Sequence record: KJ190158
From: Escherichia phage FFH2
Direction: 5' to 3' (one strand)
DNA: 64,000 nt
Shown here: piece by piece, positions 34,807-45,359 of the stretch
Layout: each line of letters opens with the position of its first letter
How positions within the stretch are numbered: position 1 is the first letter of the stretch
The notes under the pieces: generated by a model
What the model saw: the letters and a program-made list of their open reading frames with translations, nothing else
Database searches by the model: none
What the model was told of the DNA's origin: nothing
Made by a program: the position numbers and the translations under genes

Positions 34807-37800
34807 TATTCAACACTCTCCATCATAAGCTGGGTGTCTGTCAGTGCAGAGTTCCAAACTCTTATGTCCTTAATATGACCAAATAAGTGTCTTTCACCTG
34901 TCGCCGTTTGACCACCAATGCGGATGAAAGCGCCTCCTGCTAGGAATTCCCAAGAAGACTGCGTTTCCGTGCTCACCAGTCCGTTAGCAAAAGAGCAGGT
35001 TTTACCGTCATCTTTTATCCTGAACCCAATTTTCAATTTACGGGCTTTAGCCATCTCGTAAACACGTCTGTTTGACCCTCCAATATCACAGTATGGATAA
35101 CCGTCCTCCGCAATATTTGTTGCAGAGCCAAACCCCATGATAAATGAAGCACCGGATTGATGACCCTCTGTATCAATAACCCTAGGGGCTGCGTTAGGAG
35201 CTTTGCCCCAGCCTCTCCAGTTGGCATCAACCGTAGCGGCGATAGTGAATGGTCTGGGAGCTAGGTTATCCGTCATTGGGAATTTACAAAGATCTGCCGC
35301 CCTGGTTACAGGTGAAGACCCTGTAGGGATAAACGAGGACTCACAGGACCCTAACTCAAATTGAGGTATTGCAACATCAACCCAATCTCCTACGGCATGT
35401 TGAGCACCTTCTGGTGGAGCAATTTGGAACTGGCACCCGATCTTATTGTCAGAGGCCACTGCTTCAAACGTAGCAGCAATCCTTATCCAAGCAGGACCTG
35501 CTGTTTGCCATCTCTCAGCTTTTACTTTAATTCTCCCAGCTGCATCCCCTGTTGTTTTAACTTCAAGTGTTGACAGGTTAACATAAGCGTCACCTTGGAA
35601 CACCGTGGTGGATCCATTGTACATGTCGAATCTTACACGCAGTCTCTGGTGGGCTTTACCACCTCTTGCAATAATAGACCCAGTACAGAATTTCTCAGCA
35701 CCTGTCACATCGGCACCCCTGGTGGCTGGAACAGTGGCAAGGTTTAACGCTGTTGTTTCTACACCGGATGTGGTGTTTACTGTAAATCTTGCGCCTTTTG
35801 TGCCGTTAGTATTTGTTACAGTGCTACCGACAGTAATCGCTTGCTGTGCACCCCACTTGCTTGGGTCCTCACTGTTGAGCATGAGGTTTGTCCTTTGCCC
35901 CTCGATAAGCAACCCATCTCTTTCAAAACGTGGTTGGTTTGCTTGTGCAACAGCCATAACACCCCGCTTAGTGAAATAGGTTGCTGTAGAAGGTCTGGAA
36001 AATACCATCTCTCCCTCACCAAGTGCAGGTTTTAAGTTGGAGGTCAAAGGTAACCAAAGATCAGGCATAACTGGGGCTGTTGTGCTTTCCGGGAAGCTTG
36101 TCCTCTTCCAAGGACTCCAAGCCATTCCACTACCAGTGTTATTATAATACCTTTCCCATGTTCCACCAAGGTACATCTTATAGATCTGAATACAGCCCGT
36201 GCCTTCGTTAGCAGAGTTTCTAAGCACAATTAGCGTACCAGCCATCTGCTGTCCAGGCGGGTAATGTCTTTCAGCTGTAGCATTAGCATTCGCCTCTTGA
36301 TGGTAGATACCTTCACGATCTGCTTTATAATCGTTAAGGTCGCTATTCCCCAGTCCTTGACCACGGTGCTGAATAACCTTGTTCCACGCTCTGTGATTTC
36401 CCTGCTCTATGGAACGAGTATACAGCTGATCTAAGCGACCTGCTATCTGGAAAGCATAGTTCCCAGAGAATGCCACAGACAACCCGCCAACAACCATCGA
36501 ACCTTCAGGCCCGTTAACATTACCAGCCATTATTTTAGAAGGGTTGTTATTCCCGAACTGGTTGTTCCAGTCTGCACCTGTGTGGCATACAAAACCACCC
36601 GGTGCTGAGAAAGTACCATCCTTGTTGAAGTTGTAGAATCTATGAGCTGTGCCTACAACATCGCGAACAATAACTTGACCCGCTTCCGGAGTAGATCTGA
36701 ACTCTGCCTGACCTTTGAGACCAGCACCATTACCGCATTTAGAGGTAAACGTACCGTTAGTCAGATCCTCTGTCCCATCGGATGCACACTGGAATCCTGC
36801 ATTAGAGAATAACGCCTTTCTAGGACTGCCGTAGCACAAATAGTCAAGACCGTCTGCCCATAGCTCGACTTTTGGCATATTCATTTTGCTCATCACAGCA
36901 TAGCGTTCAGCAGAACCTATATAGTGCCACTGTGTGCCGCCACCAGTGTAGAATCCTGAAGTACCTTTGAAGTCAACAATAGGTCTGGTATTGGTGTTGT
37001 TATCTCCAAGAATAGCAAGATTCAAATCTGCTGATTGAAGAGGTGCAACGAACTTAACCCCATCCTGATTGTTTGTTACAGAGCCGACTTGATAATCTTG
37101 CTCTCTGGTAAACACTTCGACAACATTTCTACTTGCGTATATGCTGACAGGGAAAGCACGAGCCTCTGCATAGAAAGCAACATACTCTTGTTTACCCCTT
37201 GTTGGAGCAACCATCCCAAGAAGTGCTTTTTCATTCTGGTAGAAATTTACTACCCCGTAGAAAGAGTCTCCCCTGTCCGTCCAGCCGCCAGTTCTATAGT
37301 GACACTGCAGGGTGGCACAGTTCATAGGGTCATTTCCAGATGAAGACCTGGTGACTATAGTAATATCTGTACCTGTCGAAGGGGCGTAATACGGATCTGT
37401 TCTAACGATGATTGGGTAGTATTTCCCATCTTCCATTCCTGCAGTTCTTGGCAGTGTTAAGAAGTCTTTTACACCTGCTGCTATAGGAACTTTGAACAGA
37501 TTCTGAGCATCTGCTAAAGTTGTAGCCCCGGTGCCACCTGCGGCTTGAGGTAGAGGTTCCCACTTGGCCTTCCGGTTGTTATAAACACCCCATTCCAGAG
37601 CGCCGTTACCGGATTCGTCCATCCCACCATCCCAGATAACCATCTTGGCGGCTTTCTTGGACCCCCAGAAGCCTCTTTCTGCTCCTGAACTACGAATCCA
37701 CTCTCCAAGTCCCCAGTTTGTCAGCTGACCAGTAAGATCCCCAACCTGCATGTATTTAGGACAGTCTAACACGCCGTCTTCGCGGAAACCTAAATATCTA

Positions 37801-39245
37801 TGGGTTTCAGATCCTTTTGCACCTTTGTGCAGGTGGATTGTCAACCAAGCCTTATTGTCGTTTCTTACCTCAGAGTAGATCCTATATCCATGCTCAAGGA
37901 CACCGTCAGCGCTGTATTTGTCCCCGTTAACAATACCTGATGCTGACTTAACATCAGCAGAACTTTGAGACAGGTAAAGGTGCCCGAAGGTAGGGGAGTT
38001 TCTAGACCCGAGACCGATGTGCGATCTAAAGGTATCATCGTTACGAGGTCTGACCATTGGCTGCCATGCAGTCCACTGGTTTGTGTTGGCCTGATAGGTT
38101 CTCAAATACCAAACATCCACGTTAGAGAATGGATAGTATTCCTGACGACAACCTGTACCGCCGTTAGCATTGTTCTGCCAAACAATCAAGTGACCAGCAC
38201 CAGAACCTGCAGGGTAACCATTTGCCTCAGTTGCATAAGCAGTCATCGGCTGGTAGTATACACCATCCTGATTACCAGTCAAGTTATTGATATTGAAATT
38301 TGACTCAAGAGCTGCACGTTGCTTATAGAAAGCCCCTAAGTTAATGCGTGCACCTGCGGCATCTCTGGCCCCCGTACCGCCTTGCTCTATAGCAAGAGGC
38401 TGCCACGAGGCTGTTTGTTGGTTCCACATGCCCCAACGGCCTGTTGCGTCAAGCTGCAAGTACCCTGCCGTGTTTAAATCATCTCCAGCACGGATAACTG
38501 TTCTTGTTGGGGTGTTTGCCTCCAGGCGTTTAAATTCATCACGAAGTGCTATTCTTTTTGTTGTTGCTACACCGTTGGTTACTGCAATGGTATACATGGC
38601 TCCGGATGTAGCGCCACGGAAAATACCATCAACAGTTGTAGTATCACGACGAGATACCACACCGTTCAGAAATTTTTCACCAGCTGCTACAGAAGGGTAG
38701 TTGGTGGTTCTTCCCTCTTCAATAACTGCAGGACCCACAAAGTTATCAAGGTGAATAACATCACCTACAGTGTGCACCGTACCAAAATCTACACGCTGTG
38801 CAAGTGCTTTAGCATCGTTAGCTGTCTGAACAGTAACATCCATTACATCCTGGACAGACTGCCCTTCGGCTGTCATGATCATAGATGCGCCAATGGTAGA
38901 TTCCAGCTCCTCCCTTAGGGACGGGTCAGTATATACCATCCATGCAGCGTCAGTAATCCCACCATCGGAGTACGGTGAAGATAGTGCAGGAACAGTGTGT
39001 GGAAATTCGCCTTTCCAACGCAGGTAGAGATCTTCCTCTTCGAAATAGGCAAAATCCATTGGGCCGTTTAACTTACCACCTTCCTTAAAGGAGATTACAT
39101 GAGAAACAGTCCCATCCACATGGACAACATCGCCAATTTTTACACGACGGGTCAGGTCTGGTTGTTGAACAACCAGGTAATCATCCTCTGTCACTGCGGT
39201 AGTGGCAGGAAGAGATTCGATTCTGACAACTTTAATATCAGCCAT
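34806..39245 (-). CDS. Giant tail fibre protein (1479 aa) with N-terminal anchor domain
   Basis: First ~95 aa paralogous to 41880-42548 product (DDYLVVQQPDLTRRVKIGDVV, EGGKL, DFAY, WKGEFP); Gly/Asn/Thr-rich remainder. Confidence 0.55.
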   Translation of the reverse strand: MADIKVVRIESLPATTAVTEDDYLVVQQPDLTRRVKIGDVVHVDGTVSHVISFKEGGKLNGPMDFAYFEEEDLYLRWKGEFPHTVPALSSPYSDGGITDAAWMVYTDPSLREELESTIGASMIMTAEGQSVQDVMDVTVQTANDAKALAQRVDFGTVHTVGDVIHLDNFVGPAVIEEGRTTNYPSVAAGEKFLNGVVSRRDTTTVDGIFRGATSGAMYTIAVTNGVATTKRIALRDEFKRLEANTPTRTVIRAGDDLNTAGYLQLDATGRWGMWNQQTASWQPLAIEQGGTGARDAAGARINLGAFYKQRAALESNFNINNLTGNQDGVYYQPMTAYATEANGYPAGSGAGHLIVWQNNANGGTGCRQEYYPFSNVDVWYLRTYQANTNQWTAWQPMVRPRNDDTFRSHIGLGSRNSPTFGHLYLSQSSADVKSASGIVNGDKYSADGVLEHGYRIYSEVRNDNKAWLTIHLHKGAKGSETHRYLGFREDGVLDCPKYMQVGDLTGQLTNWGLGEWIRSSGAERGFWGSKKAAKMVIWDGGMDESGNGALEWGVYNNRKAKWEPLPQAAGGTGATTLADAQNLFKVPIAAGVKDFLTLPRTAGMEDGKYYPIIVRTDPYYAPSTGTDITIVTRSSSGNDPMNCATLQCHYRTGGWTDRGDSFYGVVNFYQNEKALLGMVAPTRGKQEYVAFYAEARAFPVSIYASRNVVEVFTREQDYQVGSVTNNQDGVKFVAPLQSADLNLAILGDNNTNTRPIVDFKGTSGFYTGGGTQWHYIGSAERYAVMSKMNMPKVELWADGLDYLCYGSPRKALFSNAGFQCASDGTEDLTNGTFTSKCGNGAGLKGQAEFRSTPEAGQVIVRDVVGTAHRFYNFNKDGTFSAPGGFVCHTGADWNNQFGNNNPSKIMAGNVNGPEGSMVVGGLSVAFSGNYAFQIAGRLDQLYTRSIEQGNHRAWNKVIQHRGQGLGNSDLNDYKADREGIYHQEANANATAERHYPPGQQMAGTLIVLRNSANEGTGCIQIYKMYLGGTWERYYNNTGSGMAWSPWKRTSFPESTTAPVMPDLWLPLTSNLKPALGEGEMVFSRPSTATYFTKRGVMAVAQANQPRFERDGLLIEGQRTNLMLNSEDPSKWGAQQAITVGSTVTNTNGTKGARFTVNTTSGVETTALNLATVPATRGADVTGAEKFCTGSIIARGGKAHQRLRVRFDMYNGSTTVFQGDAYVNLSTLEVKTTGDAAGRIKVKAERWQTAGPAWIRIAATFEAVASDNKIGCQFQIAPPEGAQHAVGDWVDVAIPQFELGSCESSFIPTGSSPVTRAADLCKFPMTDNLAPRPFTIAATVDANWRGWGKAPNAAPRVIDTEGHQSGASFIMGFGSATNIAEDGYPYCDIGGSNRRVYEMAKARKLKIGFRIKDDGKTCSFANGLVSTETQSSWEFLAGGAFIRIGGQTATGERHLFGHIKDIRVWNSALTDTQLMMESVE

Positions 39246-39280
39246 TCTTTCTCCTGAAAGGGGGCAAACAGCCCCCTATG

Positions 39281-41878
39281 TTAAAGGTACAATCCACGGT
39301 ATTGAGCATAAAGGCCCAAACCGCGAAGGATTTCGCCAGAGTGGTAGCCCACCGGATCAGAAACTGCCCAGCAGCCGTTTAAAACATTATCCCCATTAAT
39401 GAAGTGGTGCTTTTGCAGCAGCTTCACACAGGCTTCTACAACAATATCTATTTGGGGTATTGTCTCCGAATACCCGCACAGACCTAGCCAGCAGCAGCCT
39501 GCAAGCCATTCACCTACCACCCACATCCTGTCTCCTCTGTCCTGATAAGAATATCCCCCAGAGGTGTTAAAGTCTGTAGGTAGATTTCCTGAATGAGATG
39601 ACTGGAATCTGTTGAGGAACCATGCCCATTTCTGGCAGAACAGGAACAGTCTTTCATCAACAGGTTCTTTATGTTTCTTGAGCTCATATATTGTGCGGCA
39701 CGCAGCAACAAAAGATCTTGACTGGAGCTTAGAGTTATCTACCATCTCCCACCAACCAGTCAACCCCTCATTACCTCTCTGCCATACATAACGTGAGGCA
39801 ACTGGACCCTCTGTCTTAAATGTATTGTTATACCAGACTTGAGCGTCATACAGAAAGCCTATTGTATTTGACAATCTATGGCGATCTATGTTTTCTGCAC
39901 CCATGCAGTATACTGCTGGGTATTGCATGCCAGGGTAGGGCCAATTTGGCTTTTCCTCTAAGAGATAGTTTTCCTTATCTATCACCTTTCCGGCAGGGAA
40001 CACACCTGGTGTGTGCCTGTATGCACCTTGCTTGTAGTTTCTGACATAGCAATCACCAACCTTAGCGGTTGATTCTGTCTTGCTTGCCATCCATACGCTA
40101 AACCATATTAGATAAGCATCCCTATCTGCAATATAGAACTGCGGCAGCGTGTTTACGCAGTACAGATCAAACAAGCCATTACCTATCTGCCTGTCGCTTA
40201 GGCTGAAATCTACAGAGGTGAGCCCCTTAGGATTAGCAAAGAAAGGTTTAATCTCTTCTTCGGTGTGATGAGGTTGTGTCGGATCTAGTTTGAAATCTCC
40301 TAGAGTAAGAGTTTCTGTTATCCATTGTCCATTAGTGGCATATAGATCAGCATACCATAACCACCTATCTTTGTCAAGAAATTTGACCCTTACCATCTCG
40401 TCATCTGATCGATAAGTTACTGAGTTTAAAGAAATCTCTCTCCCAAAATTGAAAGTTACTTTACCTCTTGCTATATTACAACGGGTGAAGTTGTCAGAGT
40501 GGTTGTAAATGTCGGTATCATACTGCATACTAACACTAGCGCCACCGCTTACGACAATGTTTTCCTCTTTAGGTAAGAGATACGGATTACCGTCTTTACC
40601 AACTACCTCTACGAAATCAGTAACCTTGGCAACTATTTCTGTTACCTCTGCCCCTCCAAAAGGAACCCCTATCCTGTACTGTTTTTTGTTATTGTTGCCA
40701 TCATTAAGGATGAAATGTGGCTGGAACAGAACCCCTTCTCCTCCGAAATTCATAACAATTTCAGCATCTCTGCCTATTTTGTATGTAGTCCCTTTTTGAA
40801 TTATTTCGCAAGGCTGGCGTGCGTTCATTCTAAAATTGATATACCCGTCACTGTCCCTGCTCATGGCAGGAACTGTTCCTGCAACAAGGCAAGTACCATC
40901 TGTAAACGGTGCCTTAATCAACGTGGTCTTCCTAAACAGTTTGTCGTAGGCGTTTATATCACTGAAATTAAGCAATTTGTTGTAAGACTGTTTAAACGCG
41001 GTGTAATACTTTTCCTCACCTGTCAAGGTGTAGAGTTGATAACAAGCGTCACACCACATTTCTTCCCCGTCCAACTCTGGGGCCTGATTATCTGCAACCA
41101 CGTTTATAGGATTTACAATTACAGGGGATCCTGCAGGTATCACCGATCCGCCCTGCTCTTGAGGTAATCTTACACAATAGGTCACCTTGTGGCTGCCTGT
41201 AACACCCTTATCTTGTAATTGGATTGTGCCGAACTCTACAGACGTATGACCACTGTCGGCTATGCTACCGTTAGCCCAATAGCGGTTACCATCCCATGCT
41301 ATGTACCACTCAACCCACCAACTTAATCCGGATGTTGTCCAATCTGGGTTAGCATCTGTGCCACCGTAAACATCAGAGTCTACAGTGTTTCTTCCTAACA
41401 CACCGTTATACGCTTGGAATGCCTTGTCAAGGTATTCCCCCCATGTCGGAGATCCAGCTGGGATTTTTCCTCTACCGTTGGTAAAAGACACCACCACATC
41501 TTTAAACCCACCATGTGATGGAACCCCATCTGTGGATAGAGGGTAGTGGGACAATCTTTGCATTTTACTTTCTACTGCATATGCACCCAGAAGATGGCTA
41601 TTGTAAGCTTCCCAAGCATCTTTTGCCCTATCCAGATAAAAATCGCTTTTCGATGCCCTGTATGCTTCAATGTATCCCAGAATCAACACAGCTTGGGACT
41701 CATGCATTGCCCAATCATTATTTATCTTATTACCTGCCCACCCTGCAGCTATAAGACCATCAGGGTTTACTAGCTTATTTTGTGTAGAGGTGTTGGTAAT
41801 ACCTGTGTTGTTATCGAGGCACTTCCTGTGCCCCTCAATCATCTGAAATACGTTATCAATGTTATGTTGAATACGCAT
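39281..41878 (-). CDS. Large Trp/Tyr-rich globular protein (865 aa), putative glycan-degrading tailspike partner
   Basis: ATG 1 nt after stop of the 222-aa anchor gene (TAAGATG) with no own RBS; enzyme-like rather than fibrous composition. Confidence 0.4.
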   Translation of the reverse strand: MRIQHNIDNVFQMIEGHRKCLDNNTGITNTSTQNKLVNPDGLIAAGWAGNKINNDWAMHESQAVLILGYIEAYRASKSDFYLDRAKDAWEAYNSHLLGAYAVESKMQRLSHYPLSTDGVPSHGGFKDVVVSFTNGRGKIPAGSPTWGEYLDKAFQAYNGVLGRNTVDSDVYGGTDANPDWTTSGLSWWVEWYIAWDGNRYWANGSIADSGHTSVEFGTIQLQDKGVTGSHKVTYCVRLPQEQGGSVIPAGSPVIVNPINVVADNQAPELDGEEMWCDACYQLYTLTGEEKYYTAFKQSYNKLLNFSDINAYDKLFRKTTLIKAPFTDGTCLVAGTVPAMSRDSDGYINFRMNARQPCEIIQKGTTYKIGRDAEIVMNFGGEGVLFQPHFILNDGNNNKKQYRIGVPFGGAEVTEIVAKVTDFVEVVGKDGNPYLLPKEENIVVSGGASVSMQYDTDIYNHSDNFTRCNIARGKVTFNFGREISLNSVTYRSDDEMVRVKFLDKDRWLWYADLYATNGQWITETLTLGDFKLDPTQPHHTEEEIKPFFANPKGLTSVDFSLSDRQIGNGLFDLYCVNTLPQFYIADRDAYLIWFSVWMASKTESTAKVGDCYVRNYKQGAYRHTPGVFPAGKVIDKENYLLEEKPNWPYPGMQYPAVYCMGAENIDRHRLSNTIGFLYDAQVWYNNTFKTEGPVASRYVWQRGNEGLTGWWEMVDNSKLQSRSFVAACRTIYELKKHKEPVDERLFLFCQKWAWFLNRFQSSHSGNLPTDFNTSGGYSYQDRGDRMWVVGEWLAGCCWLGLCGYSETIPQIDIVVEACVKLLQKHHFINGDNVLNGCWAVSDPVGYHSGEILRGLGLYAQYRGLYL

Positions 41879-41879
41879 C

Positions 41880-42548
41880 TTAGATAGCTCCTGCGATAAT
41901 CAGTGCCCCGTACCAAGTTAACCCGTTGTCGTAGGTTTCCAACTTGAAAATATCTGTTGCACCAGCTGTAAATGTTAGGATAGGATCTCTTCCGTAGGAC
42001 CATTTAACATTACCAGGCCAATAGACTTTGTTGCCGCCAGAGGTCTGAGTAATGCATACGGTTATAGTTCTCGCCACCCCTTCAAGACCTTCTGTTTGAT
42101 TTTCAAAAGAGATTGTGGTATTTGAAGTTAGTCGAACCTTAAAGGTATCCGCAACTTCAAGATCCATATCAAGCTGACCACCGATAGATCCGTAATCAAC
42201 TATTCTGCCAGAAGAAGTTGCAGCAAGCTCACCAAAAACAGACCAGGCATTTGCAGACACGCCCCCAGCACCCTCTACGGTGGAGTCTGGGAGGATTATT
42301 TTAGGATAATCCCCGTTCCACGTGTAGTAGCGCTTAGTCTCTGGGTCATAAGCAAAGTCCTTCTTGCTCTTAAGATAACCACCCTCTGTGAAATAGACTA
42401 TCTTAGTAATACTAAGATCGTTGACAACATCGTCAATCTTAGCCTTTCTTGTCCCATCAGTCTGGTTGACAACCAAGAAGTCATCACTCAGGACTGTTTC
42501 TGCATCTTCAAGATCTGGAATTGGTATTGTAGGATAAGCTACAGCCAT
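41880..42548 (-). CDS. Anchor or adaptor domain protein (222 aa)
   Basis: N-terminus paralogous to that of the 1479-aa fibre. Confidence 0.45.
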   Translation of the reverse strand: MAVAYPTIPIPDLEDAETVLSDDFLVVNQTDGTRKAKIDDVVNDLSITKIVYFTEGGYLKSKKDFAYDPETKRYYTWNGDYPKIILPDSTVEGAGGVSANAWSVFGELAATSSGRIVDYGSIGGQLDMDLEVADTFKVRLTSNTTISFENQTEGLEGVARTITVCITQTSGGNKVYWPGNVKWSYGRDPILTFTAGATDIFKLETYDNGLTWYGALIIAGAI

Positions 42549-42557
42549 GATTTCTCC

Positions 42558-43274
42558 TTAGTTAACATCAATAGCACGACCAGACTGGTTGGCAATAGCC
42601 TCATCATTGGAGGTAGCAATAACACCAGAGTATTCGCGCTCATCTGGAGCAAGCGTCCAGGTATTGCGGTTAATGGTTTGTTCTGCCTCAGTCATCAGCA
42701 GATCTTTATCCTGAGTCAACAGAGAGCCTACAGGGATCGGATTTTCCATCTCAGGGCCAGCATACTGGTTCCACCATGTGGCATCTCCTGTTCTAGGCAA
42801 TCTGAAGTTGATCAGATAGTACAGTTTATTAGCCCACTTAATCCAACCCTCATCATCACAGAGAGAGGTTGTCCCAGAATCAGGCTGTGGGTAGGTGAAC
42901 TGATCAAGACCTACGAAAGCCAGCCTTACAATCTCGTTCTCTTTGGTAACAACCTCAAAGAACGCTTGGTATGTTCTCGATCTTCGATCCATGGTAGACT
43001 GGAAGTTTATGATGTTTAGCACATCCGGCTCTTGTCTTGCCACTTCCATGATCTTGTTATCAAGAACAGTCTTCATGACCTTCTTACTGAGAAAGTCCAT
43101 ATAAGGGAAGCCAAACAACTCGTCAAAGTACCAGCTCCCCTTCCACGTATTAAACCTCATCCACAAGCGCTGGCGCAGACTTACCTGGTTTGAATCTATC
43201 AACTCAAGACCTTTGTCTATTGCCAAATCGCCTGTTTGTGGGTCCATCAATATATCACTATAAAGCGTAGCCAT
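42558..43274 (-). CDS. Putative baseplate protein (238 aa)
   Basis: Gene order. Confidence 0.35.
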   Translation of the reverse strand: MATLYSDILMDPQTGDLAIDKGLELIDSNQVSLRQRLWMRFNTWKGSWYFDELFGFPYMDFLSKKVMKTVLDNKIMEVARQEPDVLNIINFQSTMDRRSRTYQAFFEVVTKENEIVRLAFVGLDQFTYPQPDSGTTSLCDDEGWIKWANKLYYLINFRLPRTGDATWWNQYAGPEMENPIPVGSLLTQDKDLLMTEAEQTINRNTWTLAPDEREYSGVIATSNDEAIANQSGRAIDVN

Positions 43275-43286
43275 GAAAGCCCTCTA

Positions 43287-43964
43287 TTAGTGCGGTCCAC
43301 TTGTCTCGCCATCAGGGCAAGAGTGGGTATGACCTTTATATTCTGCATAGAATGAATCCAAATCCACACCAGCAGCAGTTATAATTCTACCAGATGGGTC
43401 TATTGTGGCACCATTCATTCTGATATTTCCATCCACAGCAGCTCGCAAATTGGCAGCCCCGTTAGTGAAAGAAAACTCCCCGCTGCTGTCGCACCGTAAT
43501 GTCCCACCAGGTGTTTGAAGCTCAAAATCGCCAGAAGGTGTCAGTTTAAAATAAACCCTATCATTCCATAACTCTACGTTATCAGGATCGATCTGTAAAG
43601 CGTTTGAGTCTGAATGGACAGAGGTGATTGCCCACCCTGGAAACAGGCCGTGAGTTTGTTGATCGTCGTTATTGTTTTCATTTCTCTCTGAAAACTGTAA
43701 TCCTACAACATCTCCAGCCTTGATAGGAAGTGTTAACCTTGCCTTTCCGCTGTTTGCAGACATCACCTGAATTGGAACGTCATAGATAAGAGGGTATCTC
43801 TCCACATCTCCGTCATCAAACGTGGTTTCAGCTATTGGCTGCACGGCTGCAGAAGGGATACTGTAGTCTACACTGACAACTCTGGCCCTGATACTGGTGT
43901 GGTAGTCCCTCATTATTTTTTCTATGAAGGATCTTACAGCAGCATCTTTCCTATTTATTGCCAT
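43287..43964 (-). CDS. Putative baseplate spike, gpV-like (225 aa)
   Basis: Size, position, C-terminal GHTHSCPDGETSGP apex-like His/Cys motif; weak. Confidence 0.35.
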   Translation of the reverse strand: MAINRKDAAVRSFIEKIMRDYHTSIRARVVSVDYSIPSAAVQPIAETTFDDGDVERYPLIYDVPIQVMSANSGKARLTLPIKAGDVVGLQFSERNENNNDDQQTHGLFPGWAITSVHSDSNALQIDPDNVELWNDRVYFKLTPSGDFELQTPGGTLRCDSSGEFSFTNGAANLRAAVDGNIRMNGATIDPSGRIITAAGVDLDSFYAEYKGHTHSCPDGETSGPH

Positions 43965-44968
43965 TATACCTCCTCAGTTTTGTCAACAACTCCACCCACT
44001 GTTTCCCCAAGGCCAAGCTCTGTAGTGTAATCACCACCTTCTATGGTGCCCTTATGATGTACCGTGATCACCTTATAGAAGCCTGTATATTGCTTGCTTT
44101 TAAGATAAATAGTGGACTCTGGGAGGATAGCTCCGTTAAGGCATGTGGTTACAGTAAGGCCAACATCCTCTCTCGGGTTTTTCTTTTTCTTTTTAGATGT
44201 CGAACCACCTTTGGCAGCAGCTTTAGCTTTTCGTTTTTTAGCAGGTTCTGGGTTTTTAGGGGTAGGAGATCCGTGCATCCCAGACTCTGCACTTATTTCA
44301 AACACAGAGTCCTTGAACCTTTTTCCAACCTTGGTCCAATACAAAGCCCCATCCTGAACGCTAAATGTTGAGTTGGTCAGCCTTGCAAACCTGCGGAGGT
44401 TCTCTGCAGTGTTTCCAGAGAAAGCCATAGAGTATTGCAAAGTCTGGTTTCCAAAACCAACAACCCTACCTTTTGGCAAGTTCATATCCTTCAGTAAGTC
44501 ATTAAGCACAGAGTTCAGAGGTGTGCCTTTCTGATAAGATCTTGTGCTTTGGCACTTAATGATGTTCTCAGTACCATCCCCAAAGATGAACTTAGTTTTT
44601 CTGGTCGGACCTTCCCATCTGTCTTCAACAAACTCCACAGTTCCGGAGAATATCAACTGGTTCTCATTATCATAGCCAGCTTCAAACATAACTGCAAGGG
44701 CATCAGCCTGATGCATATCCAAATAGTTAACTGTATCGTCAGACAGGTTGTAAACTGTCACATAACCTTTGTTTGGCTCTTTGGTATTGTCCTTTTGTAT
44801 GTCAAACTCTATATTGGCAGCACCAGTGTCTGAGCTAACTTCATAAACTCCGGAATCACTCTCCCCTTTCTTTTCAACAGATTTTGGGATATTGGTTTTT
44901 GATTTACCGCCATGTTCTACAGGACGACCAAACAATAATCGCCATGTTCTACGTCTGTACTCTGCCAT
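43964..44968 (-). CDS. Putative baseplate or hub protein (334 aa)
   Basis: Gene order; Lys-rich low-complexity segment KKRKAKAAAKGGSTSKKKKK. Confidence 0.35.
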   Translation of the reverse strand: MAEYRRRTWRLLFGRPVEHGGKSKTNIPKSVEKKGESDSGVYEVSSDTGAANIEFDIQKDNTKEPNKGYVTVYNLSDDTVNYLDMHQADALAVMFEAGYDNENQLIFSGTVEFVEDRWEGPTRKTKFIFGDGTENIIKCQSTRSYQKGTPLNSVLNDLLKDMNLPKGRVVGFGNQTLQYSMAFSGNTAENLRRFARLTNSTFSVQDGALYWTKVGKRFKDSVFEISAESGMHGSPTPKNPEPAKKRKAKAAAKGGSTSKKKKKNPREDVGLTVTTCLNGAILPESTIYLKSKQYTGFYKVITVHHKGTIEGGDYTTELGLGETVGGVVDKTEEV

Positions 44969-45348
44969 TATTCTAACCCTTGCTGTTCCTTGTAAAGATC
45001 AACCGGGGTGCCGTATACAAGTTGTAGCTCAGATCTCGCCCCAAGGTTATATCTTCCAACCCTACCCCAATATTGATCGTCTTTAAACGACAGCGCCATC
45101 AGTCTACCTTTCGGTAAATCATCTCTGTAATGCAGTCCGTCTAAAATATCTTGACAAGCTGTTACTTTTCTGGTTACTAAAGGGCTGTCACCTACTGGAC
45201 CAAGAGATAACCACCAGGACTCATCCCTCTCATTCCATTGCATACGCATTTCATACGTTTCATTGTCTAAAACAACACGCATGGTTTGATCAGGAAAGCC
45301 GTCAATGTCCCACACAAAGGTGATTATGCACCAATCTTTAAGCTCCAT
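44968..45348 (-). CDS. Tail or baseplate protein (126 aa)
   Basis: Gene order; start overlaps previous stop. Confidence 0.35.
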   Translation of the reverse strand: MELKDWCIITFVWDIDGFPDQTMRVVLDNETYEMRMQWNERDESWWLSLGPVGDSPLVTRKVTACQDILDGLHYRDDLPKGRLMALSFKDDQYWGRVGRYNLGARSELQLVYGTPVDLYKEQQGLE

Positions 45349-45359
45349 TATACTCTCCC

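Noticed and set aside
41876-41882. 222-aa and 865-aa ORFs as one gene interrupted by a nonsense or frameshift mutation
   Set aside because: Stop TAA and next ATG are in different frames (TAAGATG) and the downstream ORF starts cleanly at ATG; more consistent with two coupled genes. Not excluded without comparative data.
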